DNA of 64,000 bases from an uncultured Chloroflexia bacterium (GTDB taxonomy: Bacteria; Chloroflexota; Limnocylindria; Limnocylindrales; CSP1-4): positions 1,504,001-1,568,000 of the forward strand of contig OY970218.1 of the NCBI GenBank assembly GCA_963713975.1, read 5' to 3'. The stretch's first letter is position 1; every line of letters starts with the position of its first letter. The notes under the pieces were generated by a model. That model was not told the DNA's origin. It did not search any database and worked only from the letters and a program-made list of their open reading frames with translations. This document shows positions 10,532-20,261 of the stretch, piece after piece. The translations under genes and the position numbers were made by a program.

Positions 10532-10655
10532 GTTGGGACCTCTTGCCGGCCCCCCACAAGTTTCGCGATCTTGCCATATCGGTGATGGGATCGCGGTGGA
10601 CAATGAAGCCCGGCCGCCGTGCCGGCCAACGTGCTCGCTATCGAGGAGACCCAGG

Positions 10656-11141
10656 ATGGGCTTCGACCAGCGCATCGAGGAGCTTGGTCTCGTCGTGCCG
10701 GACTTCAGTGCCGCACCCTATACAGGGCTCAAGTATGGGGCTGTCAAGCCGCACCACCAGGTGGGCAGCGTCCTGTTCCTGAGCGGGCATATGCCGGAGC
10801 ATCCGGACGGCAGCGTGGTCCACCCGGGAGCCCTCGGCAGGGACCTCGCCACCGCCCAGGGCTACGAGGCGGCACGCGTCGCGGGGCTCAATGCCCTCGG
10901 TGGGATCCGGTTCGCACTCGGCACCCTCGACCGGGTCGTGGCCGTCGTTCGCTCGCTCAACTTCGTCGTCTGCACGCCCGATTACCACGACATCCACCTG
11001 GTTGCGGATGGCGTGACCGATCTCCTGCGGGACGTGTTCGGGGAGGATGCCGGCATCGGGGGCCGCGCGACCGTCGGTGTCACGAGCCTGGCGCGGAACC
11101 ACTGCTTCGAGACGTGGCTCACGCTGGAGGTCCGCGCGTAG
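10656..11141 (+). CDS. RidA family protein
   Basis: LFLSGHMP, GYEAAR, VFGEDAGIGGRATVG and FE motifs. Confidence 0.85.
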   Translation: MGFDQRIEELGLVVPDFSAAPYTGLKYGAVKPHHQVGSVLFLSGHMPEHPDGSVVHPGALGRDLATAQGYEAARVAGLNALGGIRFALGTLDRVVAVVRSLNFVVCTPDYHDIHLVADGVTDLLRDVFGEDAGIGGRATVGVTSLARNHCFETWLTLEVRA

Positions 11142-11345
11142 GAGGACGGCGCACGGGCCCCTGGGTCGCGACTGTGACCGCCGCCGGCCGAACGCCCCGC
11201 TGCCACAGACCTGCCAGGCCCAGGACCCGCAGCTCTACCCGGCGGCCCGACACGCGGCCGGGTGAGCCCACAACCGACCCTGCGACCACCGACCCTGCGA
11301 CCACCGCGCCGCCCGACATCAATCCGTTTACCCCGCGCGGAGGGC

Positions 11346-12962
11346 TCACCCCAGCGAGAGGCCCTCGATCGAAGCGGATGGCTTGATGTCGGGCAGTCGG
11401 GCCATCCGGAACGAGTTCAAGAACCCGAGCAGGCCGCACAGGAGTGGGACGAGCAGGGCGACCTGGAGGGCGATCGGGCGTGCCTCCGTGTTGATCCGGA
11501 TGATCTCGGCCTGGATTGCCGGCGGCTGCCCGACGAGCAGTGCCTCCAGCGCCGAATTGCTCATCAGCTCGGCATTCTCCTCGAGCGCCGCCGAGACCTG
11601 CGCCTGCTGGTCGGGCGGGATGACCAGGCTCGCATCGACCTGCGTCGTGAACACGACCGACAGCGATGCGAGCATCAGGCTGCCGGCAAGCGCGAGCCCG
11701 AGCGACAGCCCGAACGAGCCGCCGGCCGAGTTGACCCCGGCCGCCTCGCTGATGCGCTCCTCGGAGATCGGCGCGAGGGTGTAGTTGTTGAGCTGGGAGA
11801 CGAGGAGACCGAGCCCCGAGCCCACGATCAGGAGCGGGATCACCATCGCGAGCCCGGAGTCGGCGCGCGGCACGATGGGCAGGAGGACCAGCATGCCGAC
11901 CGTCACCAGCCCGAATCCGACCCGGATGATGCTGGCCGGCCGCCGGTCTCCCAGGCGCCGCCCGGCCAGGACCGCGACCACGAACATGCTCAGGGACAGC
12001 GGCGCCAGCGACAGCCCGGCCTGGAGCGCGTTGTACTCGAGGACCATCTGGAGGAAGATCGGGAGGGCGATCATCGCCCCGCCCAGGGCGATCTGCTGGA
12101 GCATCTGGCCCGAGATCCCCAACCGGAAGTGTGCCGAGCGGAACAGGTCGGGATCGATCAGGGTGATCTCGTTCTCGCGCTTTCGCCGGACGAGCCACCA
12201 GGCGAAGAGCGCAAGCGACGCCGCACCGATCGCGAGCAACGCGCCGACGGCCTCCCCACCCTCCTGCCAGACCAGGATCCCGAGCACGATGCCGCCCATG
12301 CCCAGGACGGACAGCACCGCGCCTGCGACATCGATCCGGCGGTCGCCCGTGTACGCCACGTCGCGGATCAGCCCGCTCCCGGCAAGGACGACGATGATGA
12401 CGATCAGCTCGGCCAGGAAGCCAACACGCCACGACAGGAACGTGGTCACGAAGCCGCCGAGGAGGGGACCGACCGCGGCCGCGATGGCAGCGGACGCGCC
12501 GACGAGCGCGTAGACGCGCTTCTGCGCGGCGCCCTCGAAGTTGCCGTGGATGAGCGACTGCATCGCGGGCAGCAGGAGCGATGCCCCGATGCCGCCGACG
12601 ATTGCCCAGAAGATCAGGACCGGCACGATCGACTGCGCGAGCATCATCGCGATCGCCCCGATCGCGTAGCCGCACAGGCCCAGCAGGTAGGCCCGCTTGC
12701 GGCCGATCAGGTCGCCGACCTTGCTGCTGATGAGGATGAAGGCGGCCGACACGAGCGCCTCGAGGGCGATGGCCGCCTGGACCGAGCTGACCGTGGTCCC
12801 AAGGTCGTTGACGACTGCCGAGATCGAGACGTTCATCAACGAGGTATCGACCACGAGGACGAACATGGCCATGGCGAGCAGCAGGCCCAGACGCGGGCTG
12901 CCGGTGCCCTCCCCGGCTGGCTCTCCCGCGGTCGCCACGGCCGGCACGGCTCCTCGAGTCAC
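11346..12962 (-). CDS. MFS transporter (DHA2/EmrB-like, 14 TM)
   Basis: VDTSLMNVS, GDLIGRKR (motif A) and GPLLGGFVT..LSWR. Confidence 0.9.
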   Translation of the reverse strand: MTRGAVPAVATAGEPAGEGTGSPRLGLLLAMAMFVLVVDTSLMNVSISAVVNDLGTTVSSVQAAIALEALVSAAFILISSKVGDLIGRKRAYLLGLCGYAIGAIAMMLAQSIVPVLIFWAIVGGIGASLLLPAMQSLIHGNFEGAAQKRVYALVGASAAIAAAVGPLLGGFVTTFLSWRVGFLAELIVIIVVLAGSGLIRDVAYTGDRRIDVAGAVLSVLGMGGIVLGILVWQEGGEAVGALLAIGAASLALFAWWLVRRKRENEITLIDPDLFRSAHFRLGISGQMLQQIALGGAMIALPIFLQMVLEYNALQAGLSLAPLSLSMFVVAVLAGRRLGDRRPASIIRVGFGLVTVGMLVLLPIVPRADSGLAMVIPLLIVGSGLGLLVSQLNNYTLAPISEERISEAAGVNSAGGSFGLSLGLALAGSLMLASLSVVFTTQVDASLVIPPDQQAQVSAALEENAELMSNSALEALLVGQPPAIQAEIIRINTEARPIALQVALLVPLLCGLLGFLNSFRMARLPDIKPSASIEGLSLG

Positions 12963-13191
12963 CGAGAGCCGCGTCCGAGATCGCTATCGGGCGAGGTCAC
13001 TCCGGACATTCGCGCATCCTCCCCTGGCGCCTCGCGCGGGTCCCGGCCGCCAGAGACGTTGAGCACCAACCAACGACCATCACGGGCCATGCGTCGCCGT
13101 GAGGGTAACATCGGCGGCCGCGAGCTCAGGTCAGGATCATCACGAGCCTGAGCGGGCTCCTCGTCAGCACCGGGATTGAGGGAGGCAATGC

Positions 13192-13605
13192 ATGTGGGCT
13201 GAGTTCAAGGGCTTCCTGCTCAAGACGAACGCCATGGCGCTGGCGCTCGCAGTCATCATCGGCGCGGCCCTCGGTGCCGTCGTCAACTCCCTGGTCAACG
13301 ACATCATCATGCCGCCCATCGGGATGCTGCTCGGCGGTGTCGACTTCGCGGAGCTCAAGATCGTCCTCCAGCAGGGCTCAGGCATCGACCCGAACGCCCC
13401 CGGCTACATCGCCGAGGTCGCGATCCGCTACGGGCTGTTCCTGAACGCGATCATCGTGTTCGTCATCGTCGCGTTCGTCGTGTTCATGATCGGGCGCAGC
13501 CTTGTCAAGGAGCCGCCCGCCGCCGACGTCAAGACCTGCCCCTTCTGCAAGGAGCCGAACGCCGTCGACGCGTCGAAGTGCAAGGCGTGCACCAGCGCGA
13601 TCTAG
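13192..13605 (+). CDS. mscL: large-conductance mechanosensitive channel with C-terminal CxxC-CxxC zinc ribbon
   Basis: EFKGFL..NAMALALAVIIGAA, SLVNDIIMPP and YGLFLNAII; tail CPFC...CKAC. Confidence 0.92.
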   Translation: MWAEFKGFLLKTNAMALALAVIIGAALGAVVNSLVNDIIMPPIGMLLGGVDFAELKIVLQQGSGIDPNAPGYIAEVAIRYGLFLNAIIVFVIVAFVVFMIGRSLVKEPPAADVKTCPFCKEPNAVDASKCKACTSAI

Positions 13606-13681
13606 GAGCGCCACGTTCAAGGTGACGGCGGGGTCGCCCGCGGCCGGACGCAGGGGGTGCGCAGCGGCGAGACTTGGCGAC

Positions 13682-14869
13682 ATGCAGCGAATCCGCGATG
13701 CGCTCCGTCGCGCACTTCAGCCGACACTCGCCCTGTTCACCGCCTTCCTCCTGGGCGCGATCATCATCGTGCTGACCGACTTCGAGCACCTGCGACAGAT
13801 CGGCACCGATCCGCTCGCGGCGATCGGCGCCGCGCTCGCTGGCGTGATCGACGCCTACAGGGCGATGTTCTCCGGGGCGATCGGCGACCCGGGTCGCATC
13901 GTCGCCGCGATCCAGAGTGGGAACGCCCACGACATCGCGGCAGCCCTTCGACCCATCTCCGAAACCCTGGTCAGTGCCACGCCGTTCATCTTCGCCGGCC
14001 TGGGCCTCGCGGTGTCGTTCCACGCCGGCCTGTTCAACCTTGGCGTGGACGGGCAGTTTCTCATCGGCGGCCTGGGCGCCGTGCTCACGGCGACGCTCGT
14101 GGCGGGGTACCTGCCGCCGCTTCTCGCCCTGGTGGTTGCGGTGTTCGGTGGGACGATCGCCGGCGGCGCGTATGGGTTCATCCCCGGCTTCCTCAAGGCG
14201 CGCACGGGGGCCCACGAGGTGATCACCACGCTGATGCTCAACGGCGTGGCGCCGAGCCTCGCATTCCTCATCGTCGGGCTGGTCGATCTCTCGGGGCCGC
14301 CGCCGGCGATCCCCGCTGTGCCGCGGGTCATCGACCTGCCGACCATCCGCGTCGACTACGGCTTCATCGTCGCGCTCGCGATGGCCGCGGTCGTGTCGTT
14401 CCTGCTGTACCGCACCACCCGCGGCTTCGAGCTCCGAGCAACCGGCTTCAACCGCATCGCCGCTCGCGGGTCCGGCATCCGGCCGGGCCGGACCACCATG
14501 CTGGCGATGTCGCTGTCCGGAGGGCTGGTCGGCATGGGCAGCGCGTTCTTCGGCCTCGGGCCTGCCATGGGCCTCTCGGGCGGGCCGTCGAACGACATGG
14601 GCTATGTCGCGATCGCCCTCGCCCTGCTCGCCGGCCGGCGGCCGGGCGGCGTCGTGGTCGCGGCACTGCTCTACGGCGCGCTCACCACCGGAGCGAAGAA
14701 CATGGTCGTCGCGACCGGCATCCCGCTCGCGCTGCTCATCGTCATCGTCGCCCTCGCCATCATGTTCGTGGCGGCACCCGAGCTGACCCGGTCGATCTGG
14801 CGTGTCCGGGCGCTAACGCCGAGCGCCGAGACTGGCGGGAACACGCCTGGGCCGGCGGGCTCCACCTGA
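13682..14869 (+). CDS. ABC transporter permease (nucleoside/BMP-type), orphan
   Basis: GLFNLGVDGQ, HEVITTLMLN and TTRGFELRATG motifs. Confidence 0.85.
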   Translation: MQRIRDALRRALQPTLALFTAFLLGAIIIVLTDFEHLRQIGTDPLAAIGAALAGVIDAYRAMFSGAIGDPGRIVAAIQSGNAHDIAAALRPISETLVSATPFIFAGLGLAVSFHAGLFNLGVDGQFLIGGLGAVLTATLVAGYLPPLLALVVAVFGGTIAGGAYGFIPGFLKARTGAHEVITTLMLNGVAPSLAFLIVGLVDLSGPPPAIPAVPRVIDLPTIRVDYGFIVALAMAAVVSFLLYRTTRGFELRATGFNRIAARGSGIRPGRTTMLAMSLSGGLVGMGSAFFGLGPAMGLSGGPSNDMGYVAIALALLAGRRPGGVVVAALLYGALTTGAKNMVVATGIPLALLIVIVALAIMFVAAPELTRSIWRVRALTPSAETGGNTPGPAGST

Positions 14870-14912
14870 CGAAGGCCTAGCAGGCGGATCCCATGCGTCG
14901 ATCAGGAAGCAC

Positions 14913-14938
14913 GAAACCCGGCCCTGGGGCCGGGTTTC
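14913..14938. terminator. intrinsic terminator hairpin between the convergent permease and tRNA
   Basis: Perfect 11-bp stem GAAACCCGGCC / GGCCGGGTTTC with a 4-nt loop. Confidence 0.75.
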
Positions 14939-14951
14939 ACGTTCAATTCGC

Positions 14952-15026
14952 TGGAGCCGACACTCGGATTTGAACCGAGGACCTGCTGTTTACGAAACAG
15001 CTGCTCTACCGCTGAGCTATGTCGGC
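14952..15026 (-). tRNA. tRNA-Thr(CGT)
   Basis: GCCGACA/TGTCGGC acceptor stem, D-arm, anticodon stem GCTGT/ACAGC with loop TTCGTAA, GGTTCAAATCC T-arm and encoded CCA. Confidence 0.97.
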
Positions 15027-15352
15027 GCTGGTTCCGTGCTTGGGACCAGAAGATAACTGATCCTGATCGGGTCACGCTCACGTGGAGCGTCTCCCTGACG
15101 GCCGACCCGCATTCTAGCGCACGGTCATCGGCCACAGCGCTCCCACAGCAGGCAACTCGCGACAGAGGCTGCGAGAGGATGGCCGTCAGGGTGCCGAAGC
15201 GGGTGACCGTCCTGTGGGTGAGTGATCAGGCGGACTGGCCCCGCTGTCGGCCAAGTTGACCCCCGATCCCCGGAGTGCCCACGGCTCGACGCCGCCGTCC
15301 CGACTCGCGTCGCCAGGTCCCGACTTGGCCCCTCGGGCAGACGATCGGAGTC

Positions 15353-16564
15353 CTACTCGGCCTGCACGCCGGTCGGGTTCACGGCCCCGAACGCCGCGAC
15401 GCGCTCGGTTATCCGGGCGATGCGGCCGATGTTGGCGTCCGGCGGGACGTTGTCGGAGACGCCGAGGATCAGGCGCTCACCCGTGCCCAGGTCGTCGACG
15501 ACGGCGTCCAGGTAAGCCGTGAACTGCGGCTCGGTCATCGCATCGTCGAGGAGGGATACGGACGGGATCCCGCCCCAGATCGTCGTCTTGGGGCCCATCC
15601 GCCGACGCAGTTCCGCCAGAGAATCCAGGACCATCGGCTGCGCGCAAACAGACTCGGCGACGTCGAGCTCGCACTCCGGAAAGTGCGGCAGCAACTGGTG
15701 GTTCTCGCCGTCGGCATGCGTCGCGAGCAGCTTCCCGCGCTCCCTGAGGCGAGCGCCGACGATCCGTAGCCACGGCACGATCTCCTCGCTGAAGAACGCG
15801 GGCCAGGTGACCTGCTGGTCGTAGTTCGCCCCCCACCAGACCATTTCCGCACTGGACGCCAGGAGCGCGTCCAGGGCGGCGTCGAAGAACGGGCGCAGGC
15901 GATCGGCCAGTCGGTGGAGCGCCGCCGGGTCGTCCATGTACAGGTAGAAGAACGCCTCCATGTCCATCAGGTCGTGGAGGATCAGGTGGATGGGCGAGGC
16001 GGCGATCGGACCCTGCGCCACGGCGAGCCCGTGCGCCCCGATCCGGGCATGGAAGGCATCGTAGGCTGCCGGCGTGGGGATTACCTCGAGATGCTCGAAC
16101 ACCTGGGCCACCGCCTCGAAGTCCGCCTGCGTCGCGATCGGGCGCTTCTTGACGTAGGGGATTGACATGCCGTCGCGACGCATCGCGTCGGTCATCTCGA
16201 GGACTGCGGTGACCTCGCCCGCGGGGGTCCGGATCGTCGTCCGGTAGAGCTCTCCGTCCGAGACGAACTCGACCGGGAGGCCGGCAACCTCGACTCGGTA
16301 GGGGAAGTCCGGGTGGTTCTCGATCCCGAACCCGCGCAGGGCCCATTCGCCGGGATCCCGCGGCCGCGTGAAGTCCCCCCGCACGGCGTGGCAGGCGAAC
16401 CCAAAATGCCGGGCGACGTCGACCGTATCCGCGGATCGAAGGTTGGCCGCGAGCGAGCCGCGAGCCCGTTGCGCGATCAGCCAGAGATCCATCCGGGGGG
16501 CCCACGGAAGCCTGTCCGTCGGCGTTCCGGCAATGGCCCCCAGCATCCGTTCGCGGTCGTCCAT
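15353..16564 (-). CDS. URO-D/MtaA-CmuA-fold protein (putative corrinoid methyltransferase) 1
   Basis: RERMLGAI..TDRLPWAP N-terminus, IRTPAGE, THADG, IWGGIPS and LILGVSDNVP. Confidence 0.8.
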   Translation of the reverse strand: MDDRERMLGAIAGTPTDRLPWAPRMDLWLIAQRARGSLAANLRSADTVDVARHFGFACHAVRGDFTRPRDPGEWALRGFGIENHPDFPYRVEVAGLPVEFVSDGELYRTTIRTPAGEVTAVLEMTDAMRRDGMSIPYVKKRPIATQADFEAVAQVFEHLEVIPTPAAYDAFHARIGAHGLAVAQGPIAASPIHLILHDLMDMEAFFYLYMDDPAALHRLADRLRPFFDAALDALLASSAEMVWWGANYDQQVTWPAFFSEEIVPWLRIVGARLRERGKLLATHADGENHQLLPHFPECELDVAESVCAQPMVLDSLAELRRRMGPKTTIWGGIPSVSLLDDAMTEPQFTAYLDAVVDDLGTGERLILGVSDNVPPDANIGRIARITERVAAFGAVNPTGVQAE

Positions 16565-16684
16565 GGCGTGCCTCCGCGCTGCTAGGGGAGCGTTCTTCAC
16601 CGCAATCTTCGCATATCATATGCCGTGAGCGGTGCAGCCACCGTGCACGCGGACGGGGCGAAGGCACCGCACGCTGGGGTCCGG

Positions 16685-17000
16685 ATGACGATATCCCGCA
16701 CGCACCACACCGGCCGGACGGTCGCGAGCGTGGACGGGTCGCTCGACCTCTCCGTCGGAATCCTCGGCCTTGAGGTGATGTCGCGTCATCGACCAGTCAT
16801 GGCTGGGCCAGTCGATCGGCGAGGAGGCCGCAATCGTGGACGCCGTCGACGTCACGATCCCGGGCTCAAACCTGGTGCTCCCGCTGTGCAAGTTCTCGGT
16901 CTCGTTCGACCGGGCCGGCCGCGCCCCACCCGTCGGCGTCCCCGACCCCGACGGCATCATCGTCGAGCTTTTCGAGACACCCGTCACAGGGGCGGGATGA
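16685..17000 (+). pseudogene. degraded VOC/glyoxalase family gene
   Basis: N-terminal HHTGRTVASVDGSL..GILGLEV and C-terminal DPDGIIVELFE lie in different frames. Confidence 0.65.
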
Positions 17001-17019
17001 CCACGCAAAGGAGGACGCC

Positions 17020-18089
17020 ATGGTCAGGCCCGGTACCTTCGAGGAGATCATGCGGCGCTCGTCGACCTTCGTCGACGACTACACGATGAGCCTGCAGTTC
17101 CCCGCCTGCGACTGGTCCGGATACTTCCTGTTTGCCGCCCTCGAGGGCGACGGCCCGTGCCAGGCGGTGAATCTCGGCATCTGGTCGGCCTCGCGAAGGG
17201 TGCCGAGCACGACGTGCCGCAGTGGACGGGCGATCCGGATCGACTGTTCGTCATCGCGTCGGTCATCTGCGACGGCGTCAGCTACCGGATGCTTGACGAT
17301 GCGTCGTACAGCCGGCGCGACCTGATCTACGCTCGCCAGGGTCTCGACCTGCAGGTCGCGGATGTCGCCCGTATCCGCGGAGCGTGGCCGTACTTCGAGC
17401 TCTACGTCCGCGACTCGGCGAACGACATCACCTACGAGGTCGAGGGTCGGGCGGGCTACGCACACTGGGTCCCGGATCACGTGCAGCGGGACAACCTCTA
17501 CTCGTACGTGTGCTTCCCTGACTTCGCGTTCCACGGCACCATCACCGTCCACGGGACGGTCCACGACGTCCGCGGGACGGGTGGGTTCGACCACGTGGCG
17601 GCGCGCACCGTCGGGAGCCCCAGCAGCCCGGGCGTCGGCTTCTGGCACTACGACCCCATCCTCTGGAGCGATGGCCACGTCTCGAACGGCCTGTTCTACC
17701 TCGGCCGCGAGGGTGAGCCCTATGTCCAGAGCGGCGTGATGACCGTGCCCGATGGTGGGTACCACCCGGCTCATCGCTTCACGATCCAGTACCTGGAACT
17801 TGGCGAAGGCACCGCCAACGCGGGCGCGACGGGTGCTCCTCAGGTGGTTCCGCGCCGATGGCGCGCAACGATTGAAGCCGACCACGGCACCCTGACGTAC
17901 ACGAGCACGCCGATCCTCGTCCGAGGCCCGGACGGTGCGCCAATCATCGAGCCCAACATCGCATTCCGCGCCGAAGGCGAGTTCCGCAGTCGCACCGGCG
18001 AGGTCCACCGCCTTACTGGCAAGGGTCACAACGAATACATGGGAGCAGCCTTCGACCCGTCGCGCATTCAGGCCACGAAGTCGTCATAG
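17020..18089 (+). pseudogene. frameshifted beta-rich protein, AttH/CrtC/lipocalin-like by motif
   Basis: AGGAGG-ATG at 17020. A 1-nt shift near 17180 joins it to the 17157-18089 frame. GTITVHGTVHDVRGTGGFDH and LTGKGHNEY motifs. Confidence 0.55.
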
Positions 18090-18185
18090 CCAAGCGCGAC
18101 CAGGCCCACGGCCGCCACGAAGAGCACGACGCCGATCCAAGGTCCCCAGCCGCTCGAACGCGGATGAGCGCAGATGTGCCCTGCG

Positions 18186-18812
18186 TCAGTTGAGGAGGCC
18201 CCGGACGAGGCTGACGGCGGCGGCGGCATCCGATGCGCAGCCGTCGGCGCCGATCTGGTCCGCGAACTCAGGAGTCACGGGCGCTCCGCCTACGACAACC
18301 CTGACGTCCTCGAGGCCGGCGGCTTGGACTGCTGCGACCACGTCCTTCATGCCGATCATCGTCGTCGTGAGCAGGGCGCTGACACCCACGACCGAGGCGC
18401 CATGGTGGCGGGCCGCCTCGACGAAGCGCTCGGCAGGGACGTCGACCCCAAGGTCGATGACCTCGATGTTCGCCCCTCGCCACATCATCGCGACCAGGTT
18501 CTTGCCGATGTCGTGAAGATCGCCCTTGATGGTGCCGATGACCGCCTTCGCCACGGGCTTGATCTCGGCCTTGACGAGCAGCGGCTCGAGCAGGGCCACC
18601 GACTCCTTCATCGCGCGCGCGCTGATGAGCATCTCCGGCACATAGATTTCGTTCGCGCTGAAGCGGGCCCCGGTGACCGCCATCGCGTCCGTCATCGCGT
18701 CGAGAATGGTCTGGGGCGCGAGCCCCTCGTCGATCGCCTCGCCGGTGATACGGACGGCGGTGGTCCGGTCGCCAGCCTCGATCGCGCTGGAGAGTGCCTG
18801 CAGGTCGGCCAT
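18186..18812 (-). CDS. corrinoid (cobalamin-binding) methyltransferase protein
   Basis: Helical cap (IYVPEMLISARAM), base-off/His-on motif GDLHDIGKNLV, SALLTTTM and VGGAPV; AAGGAG RBS. Confidence 0.95.
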   Translation of the reverse strand: MADLQALSSAIEAGDRTTAVRITGEAIDEGLAPQTILDAMTDAMAVTGARFSANEIYVPEMLISARAMKESVALLEPLLVKAEIKPVAKAVIGTIKGDLHDIGKNLVAMMWRGANIEVIDLGVDVPAERFVEAARHHGASVVGVSALLTTTMIGMKDVVAAVQAAGLEDVRVVVGGAPVTPEFADQIGADGCASDAAAAVSLVRGLLN

Positions 18813-18892
18813 CCGGTCGGATCTCCTTCGAGTGTCCTCCGGCCGACGAGGTTCGGCAAGTCGGCGCAACGGAGTTCGCGTGAAAGGACAGG

Positions 18893-18933
18893 TGGCCAAA
18901 TGGCTTGACCACTGTCGCCGCAGACGCTACCAT
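18893..18933 (+). promoter_or_regulatory. sigma70-type promoter TTGACC-N17-TACCAT with overlapping operator-like TGGCCAAATGGCTTGACC
   Basis: The same 18-mer and the same -35/-10 hexamers recur at 27975-28015. Confidence 0.7.
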
Positions 18934-19022
18934 CTCCGCCTACGGAGCGTCAATCCTGCCCGGGCCGGGGTCCGCCTACGGGACCGACGAGTGACGGGCC
19001 AGAAGGCTGAGGAGTCCTGAGG

Positions 19023-20189
19023 ATGCGGGCCACGACCTGGCGGGACTTCGACCTCACTCGCCGGCTGGAAAAGCTAGACCGAACGTTCGCGATGTCGGAT
19101 GTTGTGTCGGCCGACGACGTTCCGATCCTGGCGAACACGCCCTGCTATTTCGCCTTCTCTACGTTCGACAAACCCGACGACTACTTCACCAACCCCGCCA
19201 GCATGGTCGAGTACCAGGAGCGCGGCTTCCAGCGGCACCTCACCGAGATCAACGACGACGTCGTGCCCTACTTCATGCCCTGGTACGGCACCGGGGTGCT
19301 CGCCTCGGCCTTCGGGTGCGAGATTGCGACCGCACCGGGGCAGGGCAACGATCCGAGTGTGATTGGCCCCTCGGTGACCTCCATCGCGGATGCCATGCGC
19401 ATGCGGCTGCCCAACCCAGACCGCGACGGCTGGATGCCCCGGGTCCTCGCCACGATCGATCACGCCCGCGCGCACAGCGATCTGCCCGTGGGTCTCACCG
19501 ACATGCAGGGACCTCTGGACACCCTGGGCCAGATCTGCGGCCAGGTGCAGCTGTTCACGTGGATGTACGACGAGCCAGCTCTGGTCCACGACATGCTCGA
19601 CCTCGTGACGGACGCATTCATCGACTGGGTGAAGGTCCAGAAGGCGCATAGCGGCGACTCCCTCGAGACCAGCAACGGCCTTCAGGGCGTGGGCGCATCC
19701 GGCGTCGGCTGCTGGGAATCGGACGACGACATGACGATGCTAAGGCCCGAGATGTATGCCGAGTTCGTGGCTCCTCGCGTCGCGCGCATCTTCGATGCGT
19801 TCGGTGGCGGCAGCGTCCACTTCTGCGGCAAGGGGTACCAGCACCTGGACGCCATCCTCGGCCACCCGAGCGTCCGGGTGGTCAACAACTCGCCGATGGG
19901 CCAGTTCACGGGCCTCGGCGCCTTCCGCCGCCAGCTCGGCTCCTCGGTGAGCCTCCAGATCCAGGACATCGCACCGGTCGACGTCGAGGGGTACTACCGA
20001 CATCTGTTCACGGCGCTGGACGACCTACGAGGCGTGATGATCGTGCCGTTTGTCGTCGACGGCATCGGCATGGATTCGAGCGGGGGCTACGTCGTCCGGG
20101 ATGACGACCCGTTCGAGACCGCACGCCACCTGGTGGCGGTCGTCCGCGACTGCATCTCGATGAAGCTGGCGGGCACGCCCCTGCTCTGA
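19023..20189 (+). CDS. URO-D/MtaA-CmuA-fold protein 2
   Basis: PWYGTGVLASAFG, TDMQGPLD, SDDD..ML.PEMYAEFVAP and VHFCG. Confidence 0.8.
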   Translation: MRATTWRDFDLTRRLEKLDRTFAMSDVVSADDVPILANTPCYFAFSTFDKPDDYFTNPASMVEYQERGFQRHLTEINDDVVPYFMPWYGTGVLASAFGCEIATAPGQGNDPSVIGPSVTSIADAMRMRLPNPDRDGWMPRVLATIDHARAHSDLPVGLTDMQGPLDTLGQICGQVQLFTWMYDEPALVHDMLDLVTDAFIDWVKVQKAHSGDSLETSNGLQGVGASGVGCWESDDDMTMLRPEMYAEFVAPRVARIFDAFGGGSVHFCGKGYQHLDAILGHPSVRVVNNSPMGQFTGLGAFRRQLGSSVSLQIQDIAPVDVEGYYRHLFTALDDLRGVMIVPFVVDGIGMDSSGGYVVRDDDPFETARHLVAVVRDCISMKLAGTPLL

Positions 20190-20261
20190 TCCCGTCCGGT
20201 GCCGTGTCGGTCACCGGTGAATTGACGATCCGCACGCTGCTGGACGAAGGTTGGTTTACAC

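Noticed and set aside
11160-11216. Cobalamin-riboswitch-like words (CGCGACTGTGACCG, GCCACAGACCTGCC)
   Set aside because: Lacks the GGGAA/GGTG-AATCC and GGGAAG elements, and lies between convergent gene ends rather than in a leader.
11273-11306. 15-bp tandem duplication ACCGACCCTGCGACC x2
   Set aside because: Only two copies in an intergenic region; likely neutral slippage.
18813-19022. Expected B12 riboswitch near the corrinoid gene
   Set aside because: No B12-box motifs found; regulation appears to be by a protein operator.
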